A DNA stretch of 64,000 nucleotides, from assembly GCA_001179505.1 (NCBI GenBank), contig CDMY01000553.1:275203-339202 (forward strand). The letters run 5' to 3'. Both the position numbers and the translations under genes were made by a program. Position 1 is the stretch's first letter. Every line of letters starts with the position of its first letter. The stretch is from Vitrella brassicaformis CCMP3155. Its lineage: Eukaryota > Protista > Chromerida. The notes under the pieces were generated by a model. It had not been told where the DNA came from, did no database searches, and was given only the letters and a program-made list of their open reading frames with translations. Of the stretch, positions 1-13,226 are shown piece after piece.

Positions 1-1383
1 TTGGTCGAGGCCCTCATCGCCAGCCAGGACGACCAGGCGGCATTTGACAACTGCCTCATGCAGCTGGAGTGGCATGTCACCGGCATCGGGGCGGCGCAGG
101 ATCAGCAGCGGGCCTATGATTTGACGGCGGTGATGGTGAATCGCAAGGCGTTGAGGGTGCTGATTGAGGCCATGAGGGCGCCCAAGACGCCCGAGAGCCA
201 AGTACATGCTTCAAAGTGAGAAGGAGAGAGCGAAGAGGGTGCCTGGAGACGGCCGTTTGTTCATTGCTCTGTCTGTGTGGTTGTGTGTTGGAATGTGTGT
301 ATCGTGTGGTGCAGCATCGTAGAGGCGTTGTGTCGGTTGAGCCACCCCTCCTTCATCCTCACCTACTCGGGCACCCTCGACCCCCCTGACGTAGCCGTAA
401 GCCGAGCCAAACAAAAGCAGAGAGAAGAAAGAACTCTCTCATCTCTCCTCTCTCTCACCTCATTGTAGGGTTACTTCGCCTGCATCAATCGCATCCCGCT
501 GCACCCCACCGACAAGGTCTACAAGCCCCACACCCTCGCCGAGCACGTCACACGAGCTCGGTTCCGGCTGCTGTGGGCGGCTGGCAAGGTGAGCGCCGAG
601 GGGGCCTCCATATGGCGGGGCACCGACATCGACTTCCGCGACTACATCTTGACCCACTACCCCGAAGTGGTCCCCGAGTGTATGGGCATCGTGGGGTCGC
701 CGGGCCACATGGCCGGGGAAGCGGCCTTGGACTTCTTGGGGGTCCTGATGATCAAGGATGCCTGGCCGTCGGTCATGCCGGTTTCCGGTGAGTATAAGGA
801 AGGGGTGGAGAGATGCATGTGGAGAGACCTCTCTCTCTTTGTGTGTGTGTGTGTCTGTTGTGTGTGTATGTGTGTTTATGGGATGCAGTTGTGATGGGCA
901 TGACCACTGGATTGGTGGACGGGGCCATCGGAAGGGCATGCTTCATCGAGCAGCAGCTCCAGCAACTCAGAAGCAGCTGCAGCACCAGCAGCAGCGTTGG
1001 GAGTGGTGGGGGTGAGGATGCCGCCGCCGGGCAGCCCACCAAGGCGAGTACCTCCAGCACCGCCATCACCACCGCCACCACCAGCAGCACCACCAGCAGT
1101 GAGGTGGTCTTGGATGAGTCCAAGTACGTCGGCCTGGTGCACACGCTCGACCTGGCCAGCTGGATGGAGAGCAACCTGCGCAGGGCACTGGAGAAAAGTA
1201 GGCCAGCCGCAGGCAGCACAGGGGGGAGTGGTGGGTGGCTCGTCCATCAAAAGAGGCACCAGCAATGTGTCACATGGATACTATGAGTCCTTTCCATCTC
1301 CCCTCCCCCCAATTGAGCATGGCTGTCAGTGCGCAAGGACGACTTTGAGGAAGTCTACCACGCGGCCGTCAAGGTGACACACA

Positions 1384-1419
<36 letters not shown>

Positions 1420-4400
1420 ATGGCTCCCTGGGGTGCACGTGGGTGTGGGTGTGGGTGTGGGTGTGTGGGCAGGAACACTGTCGGCAGAAGATGGTGTCCA
1501 ACCTGGCAGCGCTGGCCAAGGGTCAGTGCTGCGAGGACAAGCCCGTGCTCAAGTGGACAGCCACCATGGTCCTGAGCTACATCCTCAACCTGGCCACTGA
1601 GCGTACACACGCACACACACAGATGCACACGCGCACAGCCCCGGTGTGTTTGGTTTGCCTTGATGCAGCGTGGCTCACTGACGGCAACGGGCATCTGGTG
1701 GACGCCGCCGGCGTTCGTAACGGCCACTGCAGGATGGTGTTCGACGATGAGGAGGTCCTCAGACACATCGCACAGACATTCAGGTGCGTGTGTGCGTGGG
1801 GGCGTGCATCAAAACCAATCCACTGTCCACCGTGTGTGTGTGGATGCAGGAAGGAGCCCCGCGGGCACCCCCGTCTGCTGAAGCACCACATGATCTGTAT
1901 CACCTTCCTGCCGTGGCTGCTCATGGGTTCGTTGTGTGGACGCCCACACGCACACACCGACGGCACAGCACACACACGTGTGTGCGTGTGTGTGTGCGTC
2001 AGAGGTGATGGACCACGCGAGCGTGGTGCGTGTGGGGTTCCTCACGACGCTCATCAGGCTGGCCAAAGAGGAGAGAATCATCAAGGGCGAACTCGGTACC
2101 GATGGATGGATGGATGGATGGATGTGGGCGTGCGTGACACGGCACAGACAGCCTGAGATGATGACATTGTGTGTGTGTGTGTGTGTGCGTTGTGCAGGTC
2201 GCTTGTGCACCGCCCGTGTGCTGTATCTGTTGGGAGTTCTCGCCAAAGGCCACGAGAAGGTCATCCTATACCCAACACACGCACAGACAGCGATCCTTCC
2301 TACTAGTCCGTGTGTGAGTGTGGGTGCAGGAGTGTGTTCGCGAGGGTTTGCTGGAGGGTTTGTGTAGTCTGCTGTACTGGCAGGCCAGGGGCGAGCTGGC
2401 CGTCAACGTCGAAGCCGCCGCATGCCTCATGCTCGAGGACATCGTCAGGTCAGCCACGACAGCTGACACCCCAACACACGGCAACACACATATTACACCT
2501 CTGTGTGTGTGTGTGTGTGTATGTGTGTGTATGTGTGTGTTCAGGTACGGCGATAGTTTGGTGGACCAGGGCACCCACCGCCGCAACAGCTACGTCCACA
2601 TCATCCTGCAGGTCAGCACCACAGACAATGGCAGCAAATATTATCCCCCTTGAGTTGTGTGTCGCATAAATGTGTCTTCTCTGCTGCAGCTAGATTGCGT
2701 CAAGAAGATGCGGGCATCCGCCCACAAGACCCGCAAGGGCAGCCAACTCAACGTGCAGCAGAATGTGCGCCGATCCACCCACCCAACACACCCTCACACC
2801 CACATGAGGCACTCCACCCCGTATGTGTGTGTGTTCAGCTTTTGGACTTCTTCTCGCGCATCGAGGGCGAGGAGTTCCAGCGCACCGACAGGATGATGGA
2901 GAGCTTCGACGACGACCACCAACACACAAACCACCACCAACCCCACTCCACGGCCACATTACTGTCGTCATACGGCAGGAGGGGAGGGGGCGACAAGAAG
3001 CACACAGCCAACCGAAGAGCAAAGGGCGGACGCACCAGCACCAACACCAACACCAAGACACACACGCAGCAGCAGCAGCAGCAGCAGCGCACCAATGCCG
3101 CTGGGGGGTGAGCAGGAACAGAAGTTTACCCACAAAGGCCTGTCCACACACAAGGGCTTGTTCCTTGCCGTGATGTCTGATCGATTTATGTGTTAGGGGT
3201 GGTGAAGGGCAGCCAAGTGAGGGCGGCTCACCTTCGCCCGACGGCAATGATGGCAGTCCGGCTGCCGCGAGCTCCTCTGCTGCAAGCCCCGACGACGGGT
3301 GACCGACACGAGCACACAGAGAGAGGAGAGGCCGGCCGGGCTGACATTTCTTCCTGTGAGTGTTGTGTGCAGGTGTGTCCCATCTGACCCTTCGCTTAGC
3401 CCCGGCAACGGCAATGCTGCCGATGACCACCACCAGGATACTGATGGGTGCGGACAAACAAACAAAACACGCACGACACACGGACAGAAGCCATCATCAT
3501 CCAGGCAGCCACACACCCGCACACCCACACACCATCTCCCGCTATTTGTCTGTCATCTGTCAGTGCCCCCGAGTTATCGGATCGGTTCCAGGCCATAGTT
3601 GCCGAGGAGGAGGACCTGAACGGCCACCCCCCGCCGGAACGCGTAATGCGTAGCTTGCGCGTCGAGACCCACACGTGCGTGAGAAGACACCCGCACCGCA
3701 ACACAGACACAGCTGCACACAGCACGACCGTATGTGGGCTGGGTTTGCAGGACGGTAGAGAATGTGGAGGAGGACAACGCTCTTAACTCGGGCAGCAAGA
3801 ATGAGACCAGGTCGGTGGGGAGGCAGGCAGGCAGCGAGGCAGCCAGATGGTTCACACATCTGTGTGTTGGTATGTGGGTGTGTCATTTGGGTGTGTCGTG
3901 TCGATGTGTGTGTCGTGTCGGTCAGGTGTGATGCGGAGAGGGAGATCGAGTCGCTGAAGCAGCAGCTGGCCGAGAAGGACGCTATCATAGACAACATGCA
4001 GCAGACCCAGCACTGGTACACACACACACACACGCACACACACACACTCACACGCACACTCACACAAACTCTCTCTCTCGGCGTGTGTGTGTGTAGGTCT
4101 GCTGCCAAGGTGCGCGAGTTGGACATGGTCAGGTTCGAGAGCCAGCTCAAGGACGCACTCATCCTCGACAAGGACAGACAGATAGAACGGTTCGTGTTTG
4201 TGGGTGGGTGGGTGGGTGGGCGAGTCGAAGGCACCATACGGTCACACGCCGCCCGTATGTGTTGCTGCCAACATGATCAGGTTGGAGAAGTCCTTCGCCC
4301 ATCTCAACAGCGACCCAGCCGAGTGAGCATCCCATATTCCTCAACCACACGCACACGCGCACCTCTGTCACCTTAAGCTATCCCTGTCTGTCTGTGTGTG

Positions 4401-4646
4401 TGTGTGTATGTGTGTGTATGTGGCGATAGGTTGTCGGCTGAGCTGTCGTCGCTGACTACCGAGTCGCAGCTGCAGGACTTCTCCGCCCGTCTGATGGACC
4501 GGCAGGTGGCCCTCTCAGAGACCATGAGCGTCATCTCCCGGCAGCTGCCCGTGCTGCAGAGCCTCTCCATGCAGACGCAGCAGAGTATACACGCAGTGAG
4601 GGCGGAGGAGGGCCGGGCTGCCGGGCAGGGGCAGCCGACAGATTAG
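1..4646 (+). CDS. Large multi-exon hypothetical protein (5' truncated); helical N-terminal part, low-complexity middle, coiled-coil C-terminus
   Basis: About 20 coding-looking exons between CA/GT-rich introns, e.g. GYFACINRIPLHPTDKVY, EVMDHASVVRVGFLTTLIRLAKEE, EREIESLKQQLAEKDAIIDNMQQ. Last exon LSAELSSLTTESQLQDFSARLMDRQ...GQPTD ends at TAG 4644-4646. No family motif recognised. Confidence 0.7.
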
Positions 4647-4959
4647 GGAAGGGAGGAGAGAGAGGGGAGAGGAAGTCCTTTCTTCGTTTCATTCTGGTTG
4701 TGGATATGTGGATACGTTCACTCGTGTGCTTTTCCCACCCTCCAGTAGCCATCCATACGTCGCGCCTGACTGGTGCATGCTCGTGTGACGTTGTTTATCG
4801 GTCGGTCATCGGACAGCTGGCCATACGAAGCCGTTGGTCATCATCACCGACCGCATGGGAGTTCAAACTCTTCACGCGATATGCAGTCACTGGCCACGCA
4901 CACACACTGCTGAGACAGCAACTCGCCCCCGCTGTCTAAGATATCCATTTCTCCTCCGG

Positions 4960-7900
4960 CATCTCATGTATGTCTCATCCTGGCAACAAGAGACACAACT
5001 CTCAATTGCTGACGTGCGCAGCTGCGAGAACAATGGGAACGTCAGGATATAAAATGTAGACAGCGATTTGCACCCATCCAGCCATCATCCAGGGGCAGCG
5101 GTAGAATACAACACGTACCGACCCCCTCCCTCCCTCCCCTCCCCTCCTCCGCCAGCCCTTCACATTGAGACTCCTCACTAGTACACATCACATTACACCA
5201 GACGTACATACGCACAGAGAGACACCACGCTCTCGCAATAGCTTGACAGACGTCCCTTCCCCATTCCCCATCCCCCATCCCCCATCCCCCACTTACTCAG
5301 ATTCAGTCTGGCCACTGCTTCAGAGAGAGAGAGACAGACAGACAGGCAGTCGTTAGGTTTCCTTCCAACCACCTACAGCCGCACGCCCAGCCCGCCCGCC
5401 CGTACACTTGTGTCTTTCCATCCATTCATTCATCCATCCATCCATCCAAAATCAGCGGCATTCAAGACTCCCTCAATACAACCCCCACGACACCCTCCCT
5501 CCCCCTTCCAGCGCATCTCACTGGCCGCAACATTTTGAGCGGCTAATCGCCCGTCGCTCTCGCATCGCCGGCAGCGGAAGCCTGGCAGGCTGCGGTGGGG
5601 GAGGCGGGGGCAACCAAACCGGCCGCGGAAGCATGTGCGACGGGACGATATGCGGCGGAAGGAAGTGGATGTGGCAGGGAGGATGCCCGATGAGGGGATG
5701 GGGGATGAGGGTAGGGGGCGGGCCGACGGGCACAGGTCGTGCAGCGGCAGAAGCTGCAGTAGTAGGACGTGGCCGAGCAGCTAGCGGCATGGCGGGGGGC
5801 AGCATGATGGGGGGCTCGTCTGGAATCCCCTCACCCGCGCCTTCGTCAACGTCGCTGCCGAGATGCTCTCCACTCGCACTTGACAGCGAAGACAGCGAAC
5901 CGCCTGAACGAACACACATAGAGAGTAAAGGGGGAACGAGCGGTACTGCAGGTGCGTTTACGTATGCCGTGTCTTTCTGTCTGTGTGTCGACTGACCCTC
6001 CGCTCCGCTTGCTCGTCATCGCCCCCATGGCCACCATCGTCGTCATCGCCGAAGGTCCCCCAGCCATCGCCATCCTCCTGCCCGTGTGGTGGGTAGGCCG
6101 AAGCAGCAGCTGCTGACGCGTCCGCAGGCACGCCGACGGCCGTCTCCAGCTGCTGCTTCGCTTGTCCTTCCTGGCTGGGGTCGGTCGACTGCGGGGCACT
6201 TAAACGAACACACACACAGAGTAAAGGGGGAATGAGCGGCAATGGGTGGGCGTTTATGTATCTGTGCTCTGTGTGTGTCGGCCTATGTGTCGACTGACTC
6301 GATGCTTCCTCCCACGCCGCCGCGTCATCGTCGCCGATGACAAGAAACTGACCCCAGCCGTCGTCCTCCTCCTGCACCGCGCCCGCAACCTGGTGCTGGT
6401 GGTCGACTTCAGACGGAGCTGCTGGTGCGGGTGCGGCTGCCGACGTGTTGAGGGCCTCCTTGAGCTGCCGGTTCTGTTTGAAGGCAACAGGAGGACACGA
6501 CCGATTGATGCACACCGCAACCAAGGGGCGCCTCTTCATATTTGTACCTCCTCCTTCAGCTTCTCCATCTCCTGCTTGAGCTGCTCCATCTCCTCCTGGA
6601 GTTTTCTCTGTCCATGGCAGGGAAGGCAAACAGATATACATTCATTTGGTCCGTCCATTAATGCATTGAGCTCCCACATGTTTTCGGTCGACTCACGCCA
6701 CCTGATCTGGAACCTCGTCCGATCTGTGCATTCACAATCGACAAGGCAGGCCGACAAGGCAGATCGTCTTTTGCGCCTGTCTGACGCCATGTGTGGCTTC
6801 CTTCTACCCTCGTAGCGCTCGCTTCCGACGAGGAGACGCCTGACCTCAAGACACCTGACGTGCTCACTGGATCTCCCAAGTACTACAGCAAAGACAGCAG
6901 AAGTACATATCAAGACTCACGACAAATGCATTCAGCCTTACGGTCCTTGATGGTGTGGTACATCTGGTTCCGCTGTTGTCCTCGCCTTCATCTTCCTCTG
7001 CCTCTTGATCGTCGCCATGGAAGTCATCTTGACTTGAAACCGGCGACGCGCCATCTGAATGGACACATACACACAGAGTAAAGTGGGACGTCTGTACGTG
7101 CGTGAGTGCGTGCGCCCGCGTGTGTGTATCACCTTGGATGTCCTGCTGCTCCTCGATGTCTGCATCGTCATCACTGCCGGCGCCCCTGTCGCTCTCTGCA
7201 GCGGCAGAGTGCCCCGCGGATGAACAACCTGACCCTGCGCAGAACACACACAAGAGTGAAAGGGGATGCGTCATGTTCGTGTGTGCGTTGTGTGTGCCCG
7301 TCCGTGTGTGTCGGCTGACTGACCTTCCTCTTCCTCACTCTCATTTCCTTCGCTCGCCGACTCCGACTCGCCATCCTCAAACCCATCACTCTCTTCGACG
7401 GCCTGGGCCTCTCCCTCCCCCTCCCCCTCGTTAGCGTCGTTGGCCAGCCCGTCGTCCTGGCCCTGACAGACACATACGTAGGGACGCGAGATGGAAAAGG
7501 ATGGTCACATGCACTCAGCCACAGATGAAGAGAAAACGCTTACGTACTGTACCTGGCCGGGATCTCATGTCTCATCCTGGCAACGATGAGACACACCTGA
7601 TGACGTGCTTGCAGCTAAACGAAAGCAATGGGAACGTCAGGATATAAAATGCAGACAACGATCTGCAACATGTTCAACGGCCAATGATGGTCTAGGTACG
7701 TCCACGGCCGTCTCCAGCTGCTGCCTCTGACCGATGGACTGCGGGGCACCTAAACGAAGACACACACAGAGTAAAGGGGGAATGAGCGGCAATGGGTGTG
7801 CGTTTCTGTGTGCTGTGTGTGCACGTCTGTCTGTCTGTCTGTCTGTCTGTCGACTGACCTTCCTCTCCGTCGTGCATCGGTTCAGGCGGTGCTCCTGGCG

Positions 7901-8520
7901 CGGTAGCCGACACAATAGGCCCCTCCTTGAGCTGCCGGTTCTGTTTGAAGGCAACAGAAGGACACGACCGATCCATCTCCTCCTGAAGTTTTGTCTGTCA
8001 AAGGAAAGGAAGACAACATACCCCGACATACACACGGCGCCTTCTCTGCATCATCCTAGAGGGCGCACTAGGGTCGACAAACTCGCTCCGTCTCGCAGGC
8101 AGGCTCACGTTCATTATCTTCTCGTCGACCCAGAGGTTCTCGGTCGACTCGCGCCACTGCCTGTAAAATTTGATTCTGTCTGCATTCACGCAGACACAGA
8201 CAGACGCACAATCGATGTCCAATGCAGACTGGTCATCTCTCGTTCTCTGTGACTGACTCTCTGATCCCTTAATAATTACCCTGTAGGTGTGCCGTTTCGT
8301 GGAGGATGCGCTTGACCTCTTGTACCCTGACGAAATCGTTGTAGCTGTCGAGGCCTGCATGTCAATCATATGCTATGCAATGGACACCGTCGCATTCACC
8401 CTCACACTGCTTGATGGTGCGGTACATGTTCTCTCGGTCCTTCATCAGCTCCGTCATGTTGTTATGCTCATGTCTCATCCTGACAACAAGAGACATAACT
8501 CTCAATTGATGACGTGCGCA
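4960..8520 (-). pseudogene. Copies B and C of the same tandem family, rearranged/decayed
   Basis: Homologous exons GLDSYNDFVRVQEVKRILHETAH, QWRESTENLW/RWRESTENMW and NRQLKE recur at about 8290-8370, 8110-8160, 6680-6730, 7930 and 6460, with frame breaks. Confidence 0.5.
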
Positions 8521-9030
8521 GCTCAGCAGCAGCAGCCGTGGTGGCCGTCGGCACATCCACTGGCGGCTTGGCCTCCTCGGCAGGCGGCTCGGCCTCGGCC
8601 TCGTGGGCAGTTGTGGGTGGGGGAGCAGGCAGGGCGTCGTCTTGGGCAGGGGCGGGGGCGGGGGAGGCACCGTCCTTGGTGGGTGATTCGGTGCTGGACT
8701 TGGTCATCTTCTTCTTGTTCTTGCGCTTCTTCTTGCCGTCAGCCTTGGTCTCGATGTCTGACTCGTCGTCGTCGATGAAGACAGAGAAGCGGTTGCCCGC
8801 CAGTTTCTTCTTTCCCTTGGCGGGTGAGGCCGCGTAGGGGGAGCAGATGGGGGGCGCCTGGCACCTACGAACGAATACCCAGCCGTCAGCGTTGGTAGCG
8901 CGCTCGCGCCGGATGGCGCCGGGCAGCTGCAACTGGGTAGACGCCAGGGGGGGTGATTCAAAGGCTACGAAAGCAATGGGAACGTCAGGATATAAAATGT
9001 AGACAGCGATTTGCAACATCTTAAACCAAT
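4960..9030. repeat. Three copies of conserved unit-end motifs delimiting the tandem array
   Basis: The motif gggaacgtcaggatataaaatg(t/c)agaca occurs at ~5036, ~7630 and ~8978. The motif catgtctcatcctg(g)caac...gagacac.. occurs at ~4965, ~7567 and ~8469. Confidence 0.8.
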
Positions 9031-10314
9031 GGGCACGAGTCGCGCAGCGGCAGGTTCTGCGGTAGTCGGAGATGAACAACCTGACCCATGTGGAGGAGAA
9101 TGTGTCTTGTTTGTGTGTGCATGGTTTGTGTGCCCGTCCGTGTGAGTCGACTAAGTGACTGACCGTCCGTCTCACCCTCGTTGTTTTCGCTCTCCGAATC
9201 CGACTCGTCATCCTCATCGTCGTCGCTGTCTTCAGCAGCGGATGCAACACTCCCGGCCCCCTGTCCCCCTCCTCGCTGGCCACCCCGCCCTCCTGAGCCT
9301 GACAGACACATAAGCACAGACGCGAGATGAAAAAGGGTGTAAGACACGGGTGAATGAAGAGAAGACGCCTACGTACCTGGCCGGTTGCCCAGATATCCAG
9401 GGCTGTCTTGAGCTTCTTGTTCTGATTGAAGGCAACAGGAGGACACCATGATTGATTGCATCACACCCTATCTCAGTCGTGCTGTGCAGTTGCTGACCTC
9501 CTCTCTCAGTCCGTTGACCTCCTCCTGCGCTATCTCCTGGGCCCAAACCGATAAGGCCAGACAGATGTACAACTTGCATTTTCGGTGTGTTAGCAGCACG
9601 TAGACTTACCTTCTCTTCTCGCTCCTTGCACCAAAGGAGATGGACGTTTTCTAAGTCCTTCTTGTACTTGTTGGCCCTCTCTGTGCAATCACACACAAGC
9701 CAGCCAGGCAGGCAGCCAGGCAGGCCCGCCTATGGTCGCGCTTTGTCACAGTGACTGCATGACTGCCTTACCGTGCTTAAAGGCCCTGTCCCGCAACACC
9801 TGCGCAACCTCCATATACCTCACCCAGTCGTCGTAGCAGCTTTCCAGACCTACAGGACGCACACAATGCGCACAGACATACACCCTCTCTCTCCATCCGC
9901 ATGTATCAGAGAAACAACTTACAGTCCTTGATTGTGTGGATCAGAAGGCCATCTGATGGGTCAGCCTCGATGAGCTCTTTCACCTTGAGGCTGACGAGGG
10001 TCGGGGCCAGCACTCGACATTCGGGCAGCATCGGCAACGTGCTGCCCGTCCTCTTCCCCTTCCACTGCGACGGGTCGATGGGCATCTTGGTGATTTCCTC
10101 GGTCTGCTTCAGCAGCACACGGTAGGTAATAATCAAGCGCCACCGACGCGTCTATCCGCTGAAAGCTCATGGCTTTGGATGCCGGGCCGCGGCCTGAGGC
10201 TGTCCCCTCGCTGTTGTTCTTCAGTCCTCTCTCAACTCGCCCTTGAGAATATTCATCCAGCTTCACACGGCTGAATGGCTGGTGCGGCGATGCTGCTGCG
10301 GCGAACGTTAACAT
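8960..10314 (-). CDS. Copy A of a tandem coiled-coil/acidic protein family (possibly degenerate)
   Basis: Exons YRVLLKQTEEITKMP.., LESCYDDWVRYMEVAQVLRDRAFKH, ERANKYKKDLENVHLLWCKEREEK, AQEEVNGLREE, NKKLKTALDIWATGQ and an acidic exon. The 5' frame is ambiguous. Confidence 0.5.
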
Positions 10315-11182
10315 TTTTCAGGAACGGTGCAGGGGCGCTTTTGTAGACGGTGAAGATTGATGAACTCTCGCTGCTGTATCGTCTCAGTGCTCGATTCTCG
10401 CCATATATTTTTAGATTTACTTCACACTTGGGGGCGTCTCCCCGTCTCTCCCTAAAGCTCTCAGTGGAGTGCTGCAGAGTTCCTGATCCACTGAGCTTAG
10501 GTGCAAGAAAAGGCCATCATGTCATTACGAGGTTGGGACGCAATGTGGAGAAATGTGGGCGGTCCACCCATGGATGCACCGCGTTCACTCTCACTGTGTC
10601 TTTGTGCTGATGCAAGCAGAGGCAAAGAAGCCATGCATGGAAGGAATGGGAGCCGCCGTACTGCCATCGCAGTTGCAGGCCTTCTGGTGGAGGGTCCATA
10701 TTCTGTACGCGTCTTTGTGTCACGCTCCCGCCCACAATGTTCGGCATTCCACGGATTAAGGGTCGAGAGACCGTCAGTACCATCGTCAGTCACTTGCCTT
10801 TGCGTTGTGTTTTGCTGGGCTCCATATGTTGACGTGTTCATTCGTGTCTCACGTGCGGTGATGAGCCGACTGGGCGCGATAGATCCCTTTAGTGGTAGGT
10901 AGCAGAAAGAGCTTAGGTGCATGTGGGTATGCAGCAGCAGAGGCATGATGGCCATCCAGCTATCTCGCCCCCAGCGCATGAAGGCCCTCACGCCACACAA
11001 TCGATCTCATCGACAAACGACACGGACAGCCCGCCAGATAGGAAAACACATACGCAAAATGAGTAAAGCGAGCTACTTATGGTACAGCGATCATGCGCAG
11101 AGAAGTGAAGAGCAGTCAGCAGACGTCCGCACACATACGTACACACGTGTACGAGGCATGCTGTGCCCACCGACCGACACAT

Positions 11183-13004
11183 TCATGCGCTCTTGGCGAC
11201 ACCGCCGCTCACAACATGCCATACCTCGATCTCCTTTGCGTGAAATGTGAATCCTCCCGCCAGTGTGCCTTGGCCGTAGTCGTTGCATTGGTCGAGGTAG
11301 CCATCAGGCAGGTCGTCCTTGTTGATATGATTGTTGCAGCACCGCACGTCATCTGCCGGGCCGGGGGCGGCCCACGCAAGCCACAGGTATCCCTCACCCA
11401 AATACAACTGCCCTCAGCAATGTAACAGCCGTGTCCTTCTGTTCGTGCTGCTTTGTTCTTCCCACCTTGCCCCTCTTCCCACCTTGCCACGTGAGTCCTG
11501 ATTGCTGGCCTCGATGGAGGCGTCGCGGCCGGCGACCTCGACCCTCTGTTTGGCCTCGGGGATGGGCACCTTGGTGACTTTGCCGTAGGCTCCGCTGATG
11601 GAGATGAAGAAGTGCGGCACCTTGTAGTGTCCGCTGGTCTGTGTGGGGTCGGCGGGCGGCTTAAGTCGGCCGTCGACAAAGGCGCCGAATCGGTATGTGT
11701 CGTTGTGGTTGATGAGGAAGAGCAGACCGCTCGCATCGCCCGCCTTGTCCACCATCGTGCCGAAGTCACCACCGTCACGACTAGACCTGACAAACGGCGG
11801 GAGCCGCTTCTCTTTGACAGTGGCAGTATGGAGCATTCGTGGCTGCTCACCTGTACGACAGCGACGCCCTGCATGCCGGTTTGTCGATCATGTCCAGCAC
11901 ACTCACCCACTCCTCTGCAGACTTGATGATGAAATCACCACCAGGCGGCAGATGACAGATCGGGGCGCGGGAGAGGCCGTACATCTCCATGTCCTCGATA
12001 CACAGCCGTCGCGCGCACAGCCGCCACCTGGGGGGCTCAATCGGTGGGGGTGTGATCAGCTGTCCCGGCGGCATGGTCGCATGCGCCTGGCAAACTCCAC
12101 TGCGGTGATGAAATGCTTCGCGGGGGTTTCTCTGACGCGCCGATCAGGCCAGTTCGGGGCAGTGCTGCACGAGCAAATCATCACAGGAAGAGTCAAAGCA
12201 CAGGACTGTCGTGTGCCCCCCTTACTCGGAGAATCGTGTCAGCAGGGGGTGATCGTCACCCAGCCGACACAGCGTCTTTTTCATGATAGTCACCCGGCGG
12301 CCCAGGACGGTCAGGCTCAGTAGGGCATTGTCGGCATCGCTCGAGCTTTTCATGAAGGGATCCATGTCCGCCAGGAACGCCTTGATGTCATCCCCAATCC
12401 GCCACAGCCCCTTGATGGCATTCACATAGGCGCGAGTCGACTTCTCGATGAAATCAACGCACAGCTGTGTGGCCTCCTTGACACCCGCATCGTGAGCAGG
12501 CACAGCATCGAGCGGTGTCTGCTGGTCAGCCGATGGAGAGAACGCCGAAATCTCCCGCATGAAGAGGGAGTGGTACTCGCTGTAAGCCGGGTCAGCCGCC
12601 TTGGAGGGCGGCAGGTCGACAGTGTTGGTACGGCCGGTCTCGTAGAGCGTCAGCTCGTCCAGCAAAGCCTCAAAGTATGCAGGTGAGGTCTCCAGATAGA
12701 CATGGCCGTCGGCATCTCGCGGGAGGCCGTCAGCGAAGTGCATCAGCAGGACAGAGATGTATCGCTGGCGCATGAAGGGCATCAGCAGGCCTCGGCGGCT
12801 CACTGGGTAGACGAATCCACCTGAAGGAAGAACACAGGTCAGCGCACACACAACAGACCAATGACATCGATAAAGTGGACTGCCATTGTGTCTTGGCCTT
12901 CTCTCCCAGGGCCTGCGCTGCACAGTATTACCCGCGTTGATGAGCACCTCTCCGGAGGTCTCAGGTTGCTCCCACAAACCACTTCTGGCAGCCACTGAGG
13001 CCAT
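11183..13004 (-). CDS. BTB/POZ (KCTD-type)-like repeats plus C-terminal TLDc domain protein, paralog 1
   Basis: LPRDADGHVYLETSPAYFEALLDEL is BTB T1-like. LSYR|SSRDGGDFGTMVDKAGDASGLLFLINHNDTYRFGAF...GTLAGGFTFHAKEIEVW is a TLDc signature. Splice phases are consistent. Confidence 0.85.
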
Positions 13005-13226
13005 GATTTCCTCTCCCAGCTGCTTGGCGCCCTCTCTGGCGTTGCTCTCGAGCTAACGCATTCTGTCGAGGGATTGGTCGCACTCGCAGATGAGTCGTGC
13101 AACAGATGAACGCCCTGGCAGCGACGCAGACATCATCACTCTGCCCACGGAAGCGGAGATCTGTGGGGGAAAACAGGCGAAATCCTTCGCCGATCCGTCT
13201 GCGAGCTTAGATACAAAACGGAGGGG

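Noticed and set aside
10493-10921. 13-bp direct repeat gagcttaggtgca at ~10493 and ~10909
   Set aside because: Too short, with no terminal repeats, TSD or coding evidence for an element.
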